Source: an uncultured Chloroflexia bacterium (GTDB lineage Bacteria > Chloroflexota > Anaerolineae > JAAYZQ01). From it: a DNA stretch of 64,000 nucleotides. Where the stretch lies: positions 832,001-896,000 of the forward strand of contig CAVOXA010000001.1 of the NCBI GenBank assembly GCA_963700285.1, given 5' to 3'. The stretch's first letter is position 1; each line of letters begins with the position of its first letter. Below the pieces are notes generated by a model. It was not told the DNA's origin, did no database searches, and was given only the letters and a program-made list of their open reading frames with translations. Below, piece by piece: positions 49,321 through 58,514 of this stretch. A program made the position numbers and the translations under genes.

Positions 49321-49430
49321 CTGATATGACCCAGGCCAAACTTGGATCGAAAAGCTAGAACAGCCTTGCCTGTTCTCATTGCCTTGTACCATGCCTTTGG
49401 GCCGTATCCAACAAGCTGACTGCTGGAGGA

Positions 49431-50375
49431 ATGCACATGGACGGATGGTTGGAATCTCTGGTGCCGTGGGGTACTGGAATTATCGTCTGGGCTCAGTCGC
49501 TTGGCAATGACGGGCTTGATACCGTCTTTATGTTCTTCACCTTTCTGGGCTACGAAGAATTCTACCTCGTCATCTTGCCCCTGGTCTACTGGAGCATACA
49601 CAAAGAGGTCGGCATCAAGCTGGGCTTCATCTCGCTGTTCTCGGCCTGGCTCAACAGTGCGATCAAGTACCTGTTCGCGATCCCTCGCCCCTCGGATCCG
49701 CGGATTCGCGTTCCTCTGCCACAGTCAACCCCCTCCTTTCCCAGCGGCCACGCCCAGAATGCTGTGGTGAACTGGGGCTACCTAGCCTACCGCGCTGGTA
49801 GCCTGGTTTTTTGGCTGGTTGCCGTCATGATCATTCTTGGCATTAGCCTGTCGCGGGTGTTTCTGGGGGTCCACTACCCCCAGGATATCATCGGGGGCTG
49901 GCTCATTGGCCTGATCCTTCTCGTCATCTATGTCAAGGCCGAGCCTCCGGCGAGCCGCTGGCTGGGACGGCAGGCTATGGGTGTTCAACTCGTACTGGCC
50001 GTCCTTCTGCCGCTGGCTTTGATTCTTGTTCATCCAGCCGATACGTTGGGCTACTACCCGGCTGAGGCCGCGGTAACTCCCATGAGCGCTCTGTTTGGCT
50101 TGGGGGTGGGCATCGTCATGGAGCGGGCCTGGGTGCGCTTTCGGGTGGAGGGAGTGTGGTGGCGCCGCGTGATTCGCTACCTGGTGGGCCTTCTGGTGGT
50201 GGCAGTGTTCTATGTGGGACCAAAGCTGCTGCTTCCCGAGCAGTCGGGCTACGGATTGGAGACCCTAGCGCGTTTTGCGCGCTATGCACTTTTGGGTTGG
50301 GTGGTGGCTTTCCTGGCTCCCTGGATCTTTGTCCGGATGCGCCTGGCCGACCAGGTACCTGGATCGAATCCCTGA
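49431..50375 (+). CDS. PAP2-family membrane phosphatase
   Basis: KYLFAIPRP, SFPSGHA, SRVFLGVHYPQD motifs. Confidence 0.92.
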   Translation: MHMDGWLESLVPWGTGIIVWAQSLGNDGLDTVFMFFTFLGYEEFYLVILPLVYWSIHKEVGIKLGFISLFSAWLNSAIKYLFAIPRPSDPRIRVPLPQSTPSFPSGHAQNAVVNWGYLAYRAGSLVFWLVAVMIILGISLSRVFLGVHYPQDIIGGWLIGLILLVIYVKAEPPASRWLGRQAMGVQLVLAVLLPLALILVHPADTLGYYPAEAAVTPMSALFGLGVGIVMERAWVRFRVEGVWWRRVIRYLVGLLVVAVFYVGPKLLLPEQSGYGLETLARFARYALLGWVVAFLAPWIFVRMRLADQVPGSNP

Positions 50376-50407
50376 GCGTCTGGTACGGTTGTTCGTCCCA
50401 GAGCAAG

Positions 50408-50436
50408 TTGACGGACTGGATTCCCTGTGCTATACT
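50408..50436 (+). promoter_or_regulatory. Promoter candidate upstream of SCP2 gene
   Basis: TTGACG-N17-TATACT with extended -10 TG. Confidence 0.6.
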
Positions 50437-50620
50437 CTAGTCCCAGAGTTCCCGATGAGAAACTCATGATGAGTCGGCGGTGCATGGGGATTGCCCGGTC
50501 CCCGGTGACTGCCTGGTTCGACCGCATAGCTAAATGCTAGTGCTGTGCCCTACCGCAACCGGTTTGGTCAAATACGATAGACTCGTGACAATGCTTAAAT
50601 ATCAATGGGGAGGACTACCT

Positions 50621-50950
50621 ATGTCGTCTGAGGTAAGGACAGCAATCCAGGCACTTCCGGCTGCCTTTCTGCCGGAAAAGGCTGGCAATGCCAAAGCCCT
50701 TTTTCAACTGGATCTAACCGGCGAGAGTGGAGGCAAATGGGTGTTGGATGTGGCTGATGGAGAGTGCAAGGTTCGGGAACAGGTGGCGGCAAATCCTGAC
50801 GTTATGGTGGCGATGGACGCGCTTGACTTTGTTGCCCTGTTCGACAATCAGTTGGACCCTGTGCAGGCCTTCATGGGGGGCAGGATCAAAGTCTCAGGCA
50901 ACCTGGGACTGGTCATGAAGTTTCTTTCTTGGTTCAATCGGGGATCATGA
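50621..50950 (+). CDS. SCP2 sterol/lipid-binding domain protein
   Basis: FQLDLTGESGGKW, LDPVQAFMGGRIKVSGNL; GGAGGA RBS before ATG at 50621. Confidence 0.88.
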   Translation: MSSEVRTAIQALPAAFLPEKAGNAKALFQLDLTGESGGKWVLDVADGECKVREQVAANPDVMVAMDALDFVALFDNQLDPVQAFMGGRIKVSGNLGLVMKFLSWFNRGS

Positions 50951-50959
50951 AATGGACCC

Positions 50960-51000
50960 AAAAACACCGAGAGCTAAGGGTGGCCCAGCCCTTAGCTCTC
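50960..51000 (-). terminator. Intrinsic terminator
   Basis: GAGAGCTAAGGG/CCCTTAGCTCTC perfect 12-bp stem; followed by GGTGTTTTT only on the minus strand. Confidence 0.7.
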
Positions 51001-51076
51001 AATCAAAAAGGAGGAGAAGAAGAGATACTTTCTCGGCATGGCCCATAACGGATTATGAACCGTGCCAGTCTCTCGA
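50960..51076 (-). ncRNA. Candidate small RNA with anti-Shine-Dalgarno tract
   Basis: Extended -10 (TGgTAAGAT, 51082-51090), 14-bp hairpin with UCCG loop, CUUCUUCUCCUCCUUUUU linker, terminator hairpin with U tract on the minus strand; both flanking genes are on the plus strand. Confidence 0.6.
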
Positions 51077-51226
51077 GTAGTATCTTACCATGAAGTACTG
51101 TATCGTGCTGGACGCAAGGCATACGATTGCCCTACGCTGACTATATGCCACGTTGCGAAGTTGATATAATTACGAGAAAATGGATGAATGTGAGAGGATT
51201 ATAGGCTAAGGAGAGGTAATGAAGCG

Positions 51227-51829
51227 ATGAATACATCCGACTCGATTGTAGACAAGCGTCTGGTCCGCAACCTGCGCTACAAGCTGACCTATGTCAAGAT
51301 ATTTGAAGGTTACATTGATGCGAATCCTGTCCCAGAGGTGGTGGCACTGCTAAGGTCTTTGATCGAGGCACAGCAATCAGCCATTGCGTCACTGTCAAGC
51401 TACCTGCGAGGTCTGGATGTCAACACGCAGGAACTTGATCTCAACGAGAGGCTCCTGGATCAAGCTTCTGAGCGCGAGAACCTCCAGGCCCGGTTGCGCT
51501 TTATCCACGATGGCTTGACCAGGGCCGCCTCGTGGTACAAGACGCAACTGATGGACAAAGAGATGACGGCAGACCCAGAGTTGCAAGATCTGCTCCTTGA
51601 ACTCGGTGAGAGCGAGGCAGCCAAGCTCTGGCGTACCGAGGCCGTCATGAGTGCTCTGAGGGTCGCACTTAAGCCTGAGGAGAAGGACTGGGAAGCGGCG
51701 TCCCAACCCGATCCCAAGCAGGACGAAGTTTGGCGCCCCAATCTGGTCGAGGACGTGGGGCGGCCGGCTTGGGGTGGTGGCCAGCGGAAACGCTGGCCCA
51801 GGCCATCTAGATACAGCGGCAAAGGCTGA
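51227..51829 (+). CDS. Hypothetical helical protein, possibly ferritin-like fold
   Basis: AAGGAGAGG RBS; four-helix-bundle-like pattern followed by a low-complexity tail; fold call is tentative. Confidence 0.55.
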   Translation: MNTSDSIVDKRLVRNLRYKLTYVKIFEGYIDANPVPEVVALLRSLIEAQQSAIASLSSYLRGLDVNTQELDLNERLLDQASERENLQARLRFIHDGLTRAASWYKTQLMDKEMTADPELQDLLLELGESEAAKLWRTEAVMSALRVALKPEEKDWEAASQPDPKQDEVWRPNLVEDVGRPAWGGGQRKRWPRPSRYSGKG

Positions 51830-51912
51830 ATTTGGGGTAGGATGCAGTGGGATTCGTGCTGGCTGGCTGGTTCAGCCGGTGTCACCGCTGTAACAGATGC
51901 CAAGCTCCTCGG

Positions 51913-52485
51913 TCAAGACACCAAATCCAGAAAGCTTTTGAGTATGCGGGCTGTCGCCCCCCAGATCGTGTACGATCCATAGTTCCAAAAAAGCACGTTG
52001 TGCTGGCGCCCGCCATACTCTCGTTTCTCCGTGCGCAAGTGGGCAGGGTCATACAGGAAGGATAGGGGGACCTCGATAACCTGTGCAACCTCTTGCTGGC
52101 TGATGTCGTACGCATAGGGATGCGGGATGATACCGACAAAGGGCGTCACAACAAAGTTGGTGATCGTGGCAAAATCATCCAGCGCGCCCAAGATCTCCAC
52201 CATCTCGGATCGTATGCCAATCTCCTCATAGGTCTCACGCAGGGCGGTATTCAGGAGACCTGCGTCCTCTGGCTCGTAGGCGCCGCCAGGAAACGAGATC
52301 TGACCCTTGTGGTGTTCAACGGTCTGGGTGCGCTGTGTGACCAGCACGTGCCACTCGTTTTCCTTGAGCAGTAGGGGGACCAGGACGGCTGCGCAGGTTA
52401 GCTCGGGATCGACCACGGTATGGCGCTGACGTTGTGCCAGGACTGTGCAGATCTGTTGTTTGAGATTCGAACGATCAGGTATCAT
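51913..52485 (-). CDS. Nudix hydrolase, CoA pyrophosphatase family
   Basis: AAVLVPL, TQR...HKGQISFPGG, ALRETYEEIG Nudix box, IWGATARIL. Confidence 0.92.
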   Translation of the reverse strand: MIPDRSNLKQQICTVLAQRQRHTVVDPELTCAAVLVPLLLKENEWHVLVTQRTQTVEHHKGQISFPGGAYEPEDAGLLNTALRETYEEIGIRSEMVEILGALDDFATITNFVVTPFVGIIPHPYAYDISQQEVAQVIEVPLSFLYDPAHLRTEKREYGGRQHNVLFWNYGSYTIWGATARILKSFLDLVS

Positions 52486-52916
52486 GCTGCAGCCGGCAGC
52501 TTTTTAGACATGACTAACTTGTTGCCCTGTTCCAGATCAAAGCTAAAGGAGAGTTCATCCATGAACTGCCTGATCAGGAACAGGCCCAGACCCCCAAGCG
52601 ACCTCTCGTCGAGAGGAGCATGCACATCCGGATCGGCAATTTCTTCAGGAACAAAGCTCCTGCCCCAATCGCGCACATAGATGACGAACATGCCGTCATC
52701 CGTCTTGCATGCGAGTTCCATATCGCCTTGCGCCACGTCCCCGTAGGCGTGATGTACAATGTTGGCGCATGCCTCGTCAACAGCGACCTGGATCTCATAC
52801 AATGCCTGCTCGCCAAACCCCACCTCCAGAGCCAAATGTGTCACAAAGTCAATGGCAAGGGGCACGTTTGGGAGCGTGGCTTCTATCCTGAGAACAGATT
52901 CACTCGGCATCGGCAT
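52482..52916 (-). CDS. Anti-sigma factor Ser/Thr kinase (RsbW/SpoIIAB-like)
   Basis: AVDEACANIVHHAY, VRDWGRSF, GGLGLFLIRQFMD, GNKL; start uncertain. Confidence 0.88.
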   Translation of the reverse strand: MPMPSESVLRIEATLPNVPLAIDFVTHLALEVGFGEQALYEIQVAVDEACANIVHHAYGDVAQGDMELACKTDDGMFVIYVRDWGRSFVPEEIADPDVHAPLDERSLGGLGLFLIRQFMDELSFSFDLEQGNKLVMSKKLPAAA

Positions 52917-53083
52917 GTCGGTTGCCAACTTGACAACAGACCGCCGCGCGCCCAAGGCCCGCGCGACCCGGCGGTCATGTCCCAAGGGCTGGCTAGGCAG
53001 CGCCTCCAGTTCGGGGCTAACTGGCCTGCAACTCTTGCCAAGGGACGCTAGTCCAATCTCTCATTCAATGCAGGTCTGCGATC

Positions 53084-53422
53084 CTAGAAGCTGCCCACAG
53101 CCTGTGAGTCGCTGTCGTAGAAGGCGAACAGGCGGTGAAAGCCCACGAGTTCGAAATTCTCCTTCAGCCCTGGCTTGATTTCCGAGATGACTACGTTGCC
53201 AGGCGGAATCGCCTTTCGGACCTTCATCAGTGCCGAGAGCAGTGCTTTGAGGCCGGCACTGCTGATATAGTCGGCATTCCGCAGGTTCACTACGATATCG
53301 TGCTGGCCGGCCTGGACAAGGCCCAGCAGTGTGTTTTCTAGTTCAGGTGCGGTGGCACTGTCAATCCTGCCCGAGACAGTGACAATCTCACAACGTTTCA
53401 TCTTTTCGGACTTGATTTCCAT
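53084..53422 (-). CDS. STAS-domain anti-sigma factor antagonist (RsbV/SpoIIAA-like)
   Basis: SGRIDSATAPEL, YISSAGL phospho-acceptor motif, FELVGF; AGGAG RBS. Confidence 0.92.
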   Translation of the reverse strand: MEIKSEKMKRCEIVTVSGRIDSATAPELENTLLGLVQAGQHDIVVNLRNADYISSAGLKALLSALMKVRKAIPPGNVVISEIKPGLKENFELVGFHRLFAFYDSDSQAVGSF

Positions 53423-53749
53423 AGCTTCTCTCCTAAAATATGACTCTTGGGAAGGCATTGTTTTGACAACTGGACTATTCTACCACATGTGTCAAGCCTG
53501 AGCAAGCGCTGTGCACAAATCACTGTGTCTACTGCAAAGGGGTTCCTCGAGATCCCCGGCGCGTCGCGACCAAGGGCCCCAACACTGACTCACTGCTGGT
53601 TCGTCCAGGGCCAGGGTGAGCATCCAGATTGAGCCTGGTGGAACTCGGCTTCTCCAAGTTACTCTGCCGGTCCTGATTCTGCCACTATATTAGGGATGCC
53701 TTGCCACTCACAATAGGGAGGCAATGCTGCATAGTACGATATCGGTCCT

Positions 53750-55222
53750 CTATGTCATACCCAACGTCTGTCGGCGGTACTGCTCTTTACCAAGCTCTAT
53801 GGTAACCATCACCAGGCCGAGAAAAATCCAAAAGGCTGCAACCGAGTGCGGGAAGCTCAGGTTGAAAAAGTAGTGGTCAAAAAGACCACCTACCAGGATG
53901 CCGACGATAGCGGCTGATAGTCCGAGCAGGATTGCTTCTAGGCCACCTTGATCGCGTACAAATGGCCACGCCAACCAGACCTGTCGGAAGAACAGCCCAA
54001 CGATTGTCAAAAAAGCAACCAGCCCAATGAGGCCCATTTCCTCCGCAATAAGTAGGTATACGTTAGAGACCCCGATATATAGACTGCTCTCGGGCGTGCC
54101 AACGAACCCAACACCAATCCAGGGATAGCGACTGATCAAGGTCAGTGCATCTTTGTACTCACCAAGACGCATGAGTGTGGCCAGATCCTGAAACTGCAAA
54201 CCCTCGACAAAATGCTGGACATAATCTTGAGATTGGGGCAGGAGCAGCAGCAAGAGGCCAGCCAAGATCATGGCTGGAATCAGCCGCCGGTATCTTACCA
54301 GCGCCAGGGTGCCCAGACCAGCGGCCAGGCCAAGCATCGAGCCACGAGAATAGGTGAGATAGAGGCACAGAGCGTCCACAAGGAACATCCCGCCCAGAAT
54401 GGGACGCGGCAAGAGCGGCTTGCGAGCGAATAGTTGGGCAGCGGTCGACGTCGTGATGAGAATCAGCAACCCACCCAGCACATTGGGGTCCGTAGATGTA
54501 GAGATGGCTCGCTGGGCAAGGTCCGGGTTGTCTTCAACGTACCGCAGGATGCCTGCCCCCGTGGGATAGCCAAAGCGTCCCAGTGTCGATAGCAGGCGGA
54601 TGCTCCAAGCTGGCGGCATGAAATAGAAGAGCACGCCGATGGCTGCGGCGCCAAACCCGGCGACAATGATGATCAGGACTAGTGCCCTCAGATGTTTCTC
54701 GGTACGAACGCAGTTGACGATCACAAAGAACAGCGAGATGCTGAGCAGAATCTCTGCAAAGTGACGAAGTACGTATTGGTCGAGGTAGGCATGCGCCAGT
54801 CCTGCGACAAAAGAGGCGCAGGCCAGCAGAAGAAAGATGACGATGGGCAGGCCCAAGGCCGTGCCTATGAAGTGGCCTGCCTTCCCCTTGGCGATGCGCA
54901 CTATCCAGACAAAGTACGTGGCTGCAAGGGCAAGATCGAGGAACGTGGGGGTAAAGCCGATCTTGAAGGGCAGAGCGCCAAAGGGCAGCAAACAAATTAG
55001 CGCGATCACAGCGGCTAAGCCCCATTGCGTGCTGCGTAGCATCAGCAGTCCGCCGGCCAGGGCCAGCACCCCAGCGACGGCATATAGAGGAGAAAGTATC
55101 GCCACATAAGCGCCAGCGATCAAGCCTGCCGCCACAGACAAAGCAACCGCTGCAGCGAGCGCGAATCGCCGGTCACTTCTGACAAAAATCTGCTGCAGGC
55201 TAGCGAGTGTTTGCTGGGTCAT
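53750..55222 (-). CDS. O-antigen ligase/Wzy_C family membrane protein
   Basis: Many TM helices; RAIST..DPNVLGG, LTYSRGS, PWIGVG, NVYLLIAEEMGLIGL. Confidence 0.85.
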   Translation of the reverse strand: MTQQTLASLQQIFVRSDRRFALAAAVALSVAAGLIAGAYVAILSPLYAVAGVLALAGGLLMLRSTQWGLAAVIALICLLPFGALPFKIGFTPTFLDLALAATYFVWIVRIAKGKAGHFIGTALGLPIVIFLLLACASFVAGLAHAYLDQYVLRHFAEILLSISLFFVIVNCVRTEKHLRALVLIIIVAGFGAAAIGVLFYFMPPAWSIRLLSTLGRFGYPTGAGILRYVEDNPDLAQRAISTSTDPNVLGGLLILITTSTAAQLFARKPLLPRPILGGMFLVDALCLYLTYSRGSMLGLAAGLGTLALVRYRRLIPAMILAGLLLLLLPQSQDYVQHFVEGLQFQDLATLMRLGEYKDALTLISRYPWIGVGFVGTPESSLYIGVSNVYLLIAEEMGLIGLVAFLTIVGLFFRQVWLAWPFVRDQGGLEAILLGLSAAIVGILVGGLFDHYFFNLSFPHSVAAFWIFLGLVMVTIELGKEQYRRQTLGMT

Positions 55223-55297
55223 TGGTGCACTATGCGATCAGATTTTCCAACACGCGGGTATGCAGAGTGGGAGGTGCATCAAGGGTCCAAACACGTA

Positions 55298-55394
55298 CGG
55301 GAGTGGATGGGAGTCGAACCCACCAAGGCCGCTTCTGCAGCACCCTTCGGACGGTTTTGAAGACCGTGGAGCCCACCGGGACTCAACCACCCCC
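55298..55394 (-). tRNA. selC: tRNA-Sec (UCA)
   Basis: 8-bp acceptor GGGGGTGG/CCACTCCC with G discriminator; 6-bp D-stem GAGTCC-cggt-GGGCTC; ACGGT-CTTCAAA-ACCGT anticodon arm; long variable arm; GTGGG-TTCGACT-CCCAT T-arm; CCA not encoded. Confidence 0.95.
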
Positions 55395-55405
55395 AAACTA
55401 CCTCT

Positions 55406-55434
55406 AGCATACCCCGTTTTCTCGAATTCGTCAA
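55406..55434 (-). promoter_or_regulatory. Promoter for selC
   Basis: TTGACG-N17-TATGCT ending 11 bp upstream of the tRNA 5' end. Confidence 0.65.
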
Positions 55435-55471
55435 GTGACTGCGGCGCCCAATGCACGGCTGTTGCAAAGTC

Positions 55472-55574
55472 GTCATCGCGAGCGTCAGCGCCTGTCCCGA
55501 GCCTGCCGAGGGAAAGCGATCTCCACTTGTGCCCTGGGGATTGCCACGGCGCAAACAGCGCGCCTCGCAATGAC
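55472..55574. repeat. REP/MITE-like palindromic intergenic element
   Basis: Ends GTCATCGCGAG / CTCGCAATGAC form an imperfect inverted repeat; internal GCGATCTC / GGGATTGC pair. Confidence 0.55.
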
Positions 55575-55659
55575 AGATCTGACTGGCAGTGCATGTCAAG
55601 GGACAATGCAACAGCCGTAGCGCCCAATGCTGGTGAGGCTGGGCCGGTATCCGCGCGCG

Positions 55660-56310
55660 CTATTCTCGATACCGTTTCTCGATCAAGTAGGTGCAGGATG
55701 GATCTCCCTGGGCAACACACAGGATCTCTTCCACAAAGAGGCTCATGCCCCCAGTGACATGGCGCAGGGATTCCTCGAGCAGGCCGAGTTCCGCATTGCA
55801 GATCGGCTCGACGGATGTGCGGTTCCAACACTCGGGACAGCGATCGATGTGGTAGAAAAAACGCTCTCCCTTTTCTTCCACTCTCACGACTTGATCGCTG
55901 GCCTTGTTGAATGTATCAGCCATGGCGCTGAGACTCATCTTGATCCTTATGCGCAGGGGCAACAGACGGAATGCAACATCACCAATGCCCAGTACCGCGC
56001 CAAAGTCTTTCCGTGCATGGTGAAACCATGCCCTCCCGGAACGGGACGCGATTCCACTGCCCCCCTGCCTCCCATACGTGTCGTCTATGGACTGGCCCAG
56101 GGTGCTCATCTCTACAAAGCTCCAGCCCAAGTCCAGATTATCGGGAGGATAATTGGCTATGCGAGTCCGCAGTCCGGCTCCATCGAAGATGGCGTTGATT
56201 CTGTTTCGCCCCAAAACGTCCTCAAGAGCAAGCAGGTAAGTCCGTCCGATTCTATTGGGCCAGTAAAAGTTCTTGCTGCGGATGTCCTTGGTGAGTGCGT
56301 CGGTCGCCAT
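55660..56310 (-). CDS. V4R (4-vinyl reductase) domain protein
   Basis: LLALEDVLG, YPPDNL, CPECW...PIC....GLLEE...VEE..CVAQGDPSC.Y.I motif. Confidence 0.85.
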   Translation of the reverse strand: MATDALTKDIRSKNFYWPNRIGRTYLLALEDVLGRNRINAIFDGAGLRTRIANYPPDNLDLGWSFVEMSTLGQSIDDTYGRQGGSGIASRSGRAWFHHARKDFGAVLGIGDVAFRLLPLRIRIKMSLSAMADTFNKASDQVVRVEEKGERFFYHIDRCPECWNRTSVEPICNAELGLLEESLRHVTGGMSLFVEEILCVAQGDPSCTYLIEKRYRE

Positions 56311-56738
56311 GCCGATCTACCTCTCAAGATGTCCTGGCCATGATCCGTACTGTGGAGCTTTGCAGGCACCAATTATACCCCTACTCTAGCCATCCGTCAA
56401 CTGTGTCGCCGCCCCCGAGTGGTCTTGCGGCCTATCAGCTAGCAAGACAAAAAGGTCCTTCAGATCTGCTGCCTGTGCAATGGTCCGATTCCCCCAGGTA
56501 TGCTGGAGATATCTGGCTTATCCCACATGTACTGGGGCCAACTTGGCGAATGGCATACAGGTGTGATATAATGGCCGGCGTTGTATGCTGGCAGCATGGT
56601 GAAGCCACACAGGGTAGGTCATCGGGTGCGATGATGCATTGGGGGCCAATGCATCTGAGCTTGTGGCGCGCCCAACTCCTCTGTGGCATGTGGCAGTCCT
56701 GGCCCCAATGCAGTTCAACCGCCCGTGGAGGTCGAGGA

Positions 56739-58015
56739 ATGCTGGACGTGGGACAGACAAGGGTCTGGAGAGCTATGGGCCTGGTAACGTTCCTGGTGAT
56801 ACTGTCTTTTTCTATCACCAATTGCCGATCCACTGAGACTGCTCGCGTCACGCCCACGCCCACTATGACGTCACGGCCGACGTTTACCCCAGTACAACCA
56901 ACAGCAACTCACACGCCAACCGCCACACCCACCCTGATGCCGGAGCCAACTGAAGAGCCTACGGCCACCGTCACCAGTGTACCGACATCCACGCCCGAGC
57001 CCACAGAGACGCCTGTGCCGAGTGCGACTCCCTGGCCGACTCTCGACCCCAACGCCTGTCCGCTGACGGGGCTCCCGGTGAGCGATCCGGCCCTACTGGA
57101 AAAGCGTCCGTTGGCCATCAAAGTACAGAACGCACCTCTGTCACGTCCTCAGTTTGGCCTGCCTCAGGCCGACATTGTGTACGAACACCTGTCAGAGGCA
57201 GGCATCACGCGCTTTACAGGTATCTATCTCTGTCAGGATGTGGCAAAGATAGGCTCGGTGCGCAGTGCGCGGTTCATTGACCTCGAGATCCCTGCCATGT
57301 ACAAGAGCCTCATGGCTCTTTCTGGGACCAGCCCCGGTCTTCTCCCCAAACTTGAGAATTCGGACTTCAGTGACCGGCTTTTCTGGTACGATAGGGGGAT
57401 CAACTCTGCAGGGTTCTACCGCGACAAAGAACTGCGCCAGCAGGGCGTTGCTATCGAGCATACCCTTTTCGCGGATCCAGCCAAGATCTGGGAAATCGCT
57501 GAGAAAAAGGACATAAACCAGCCCCAAGACCTGGAGGGGCTCACGTTCGACCATGTCATACCAGAAGGAGGGGGGGAGCCAATTCCATTCATATCCCCTA
57601 TCCCCACCGGGACATGGTTGTGGACTATCGCTATGATGCCGAGTCCGGTACCTATCTGCGTACCCAGGGTGGAAAGCCCTTCATCGATGCAGCGACCGGC
57701 GAGCAGATCTCTGCTACGAACGTTGTGGTTCTCTATGCCAATCATGTGGATGCCGACTTTTACGAGGACTTTCCCCGTACCAATCATCCATCGGTGCAGA
57801 TCCAGGTTTGGGGCACCGGTCCGGCCGTAGTTTTTCGGGATGGTCTGGCCTATGAAGGGCTGTGGGCCCGACCTCAGCGGGAGGACATGGTGGTGTTCCG
57901 GGATCCAACCGGGCAGGTTCCAATCCCTCTCAAGCCAGGAAATACCTGGATCCAGCTTGTGCCTCTGGAAGGTCATCGGTGGACCTTTGAGGCCACATGG
58001 GGCAATGAGGAGTAG
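56739..58015 (+). CDS. DUF3048 (YerB-like) putative lipoprotein with Pro/Thr linker; frameshift at G7 run 57570-57576
   Basis: Hydrophobic leader ending ITNC, PT-rich linker, CPLTG, RPLAIKVQN...RPQFGL..ADIVYE...E.GITRF, GSVRSAR; C-terminal IPLKPGNTWIQLVP in a second frame. Confidence 0.82.
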
Positions 58016-58022
58016 TCGTGCT

Positions 58023-58439
58023 ATGGTTGTGAACAGGCGTATAGAACTGAGTACGCAGGGCAATGGTCACATCTTGGATATCACTGATGAGGTTGTAGGT
58101 CAGGTACAGAGTGCCGGTCTCGAGAATGGCGTTGTGATCCTATTCACGCCCAGCTCCACCAGCGCCTTGACCACGATTGAGTATGAATCCGGTGTCGTCC
58201 AGGATGTGCAGCAGTACTTTGATCGAGCCGTACCTCCTGATATCGAGTACCAGCATCATTTGCGGTGGGGGGATGGGAATGGTCATTCCCATGTTCGTCA
58301 TGCACTGTTGGGCCCCTCGTTGACAATCCCCTTTCTTGAGGGGCGGATGACTCTGGGTACATGGCAGCAGGTTGTTTTCATTGACTTTGATAGCCGCCCT
58401 CGTGTCCGGTCTGTGGTGGTGCAGATCATCGGTGAGTGA
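58023..58439 (+). CDS. yjbQ: YjbQ/UPF0047 family protein
   Basis: DIT, NGHSHVR..LLGPS, LGTWQQV.FIDFD.RPR.R; GAGGAG RBS. Confidence 0.9.
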   Translation: MVVNRRIELSTQGNGHILDITDEVVGQVQSAGLENGVVILFTPSSTSALTTIEYESGVVQDVQQYFDRAVPPDIEYQHHLRWGDGNGHSHVRHALLGPSLTIPFLEGRMTLGTWQQVVFIDFDSRPRVRSVVVQIIGE

Positions 58440-58514
58440 GTTGGCCTGATGATAGCTGGGCCGCACAGCACGCAGAAGTCGAACTGCTCTTCTGGGACCT
58501 TCTGAGGGACGATC

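Noticed and set aside
50440-50620. Possible riboswitch or hammerhead in the SCP2 leader
   Set aside because: Only partial motif resemblance (GATGA...GAAAC, GCTAAA); the conserved cores and stems cannot be assembled.
55230-55300. Genomic island integrated at the selC 3' end
   Set aside because: No integrase and no duplicated tRNA 3' fragment seen in the window.
55260-56343. Plus- and minus-strand ORFs overlapping selC and the V4R gene
   Set aside because: Explained by the tRNA, the palindromic repeat and the antisense of the V4R CDS.
56295-56738. 148-aa N-terminal extension of the DUF3048 ORF
   Set aside because: It overlaps the divergent promoter region; the RBS and signal peptide support the start at 56739.
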